Shown piece after piece: positions 63,651-64,000 of a DNA stretch of 64,000 nt. This DNA comes from Squalus acanthias (taxonomy: Eukaryota): contig CM059432.1 in NCBI GenBank assembly GCA_030390025.1, forward strand, positions 99,760,001 through 99,824,000, in the 5' to 3' direction. The position numbers and the translations under genes are program-made. The notes under the pieces are model-generated. The model was not told where the DNA came from. It saw only the letters and a program-made list of their open reading frames with translations, and did no database searches. Positions within the stretch are counted from its first letter, which is position 1, and the number at the start of each line of letters is the position of its first letter.

Positions 63651-63900
63651 TGGGCCTGAATTTCCGATCGGAGGCTTTCTGCGGGCGGATGCCTCCAACC
63701 GGGAAAAAATGTACGCACTTACCTGCTGGCTCCATAGGTCCCGAGACTTCCGATCCTGGGCCTCTCCACTAAGAAATGCGCAAAGGCCCAGTTATCCCAG
63801 GGGCGCATGCGGTTCGCAAGCGTCCCTGAGATCACGTGGGCCATGGGGAACCAATTAAAGAAGGGTATTCCCCAGTGCGCACGGAACTGTCAAAAGTATG
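63651..63900. repeat. Probable end of another GC-rich MITE-like element
   Basis: Starts GGGCCTGAATTT, like other Harbinger-type termini here; no partner end seen. Confidence 0.35.
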
Positions 63901-64000
63901 AATGGGGATCACTTATAAAACAGTTAAACATTAAATGAATTTTTTTTTAATCACATATTTAAAATCAGTTAAAATTACATTCAATTAAATATTTTAAACA

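Overview
Eukaryotic, almost entirely repeat-derived 64 kb, very probably from a cartilaginous fish: it carries HE1-type V-SINE and SacSINE1-type DeuSINE copies, and CR1 LINEs with an esterase ORF1. No host protein-coding exon can be supported. Contents: four two-gene PIF/Harbinger DNA transposons (DDE transposase convergent with a 3-exon Myb/SANT gene) plus three ~890-bp non-autonomous derivatives and older Harbinger relics; many CR1 LINEs (one with a near-intact EN+RT ORF2); a second LINE family fragmented over 17 kb by nested insertions; three solo LTRs; SINEs; and Penelope-type repeats carrying minimal hammerhead ribozyme motifs. Most interesting: (1) a U_UUA_AAC -1 frameshift heptamer directly before the ORF1 stop in three divergent CR1 copies, with no AUG in front of the ORF2 endonuclease in the best-preserved copy; (2) an unspliced, intron-containing tRNA-Ile(TAT) fused to an HE1 SINE, apparently retroposed as one unit; (3) a 170-bp-arm hairpin bearing a hammerhead motif in each arm; (4) two young Harbinger copies with only one lesion per gene. 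All coordinates were read by eye and may be off by a few bases; family names come from recalled consensus motifs, not from database searches.
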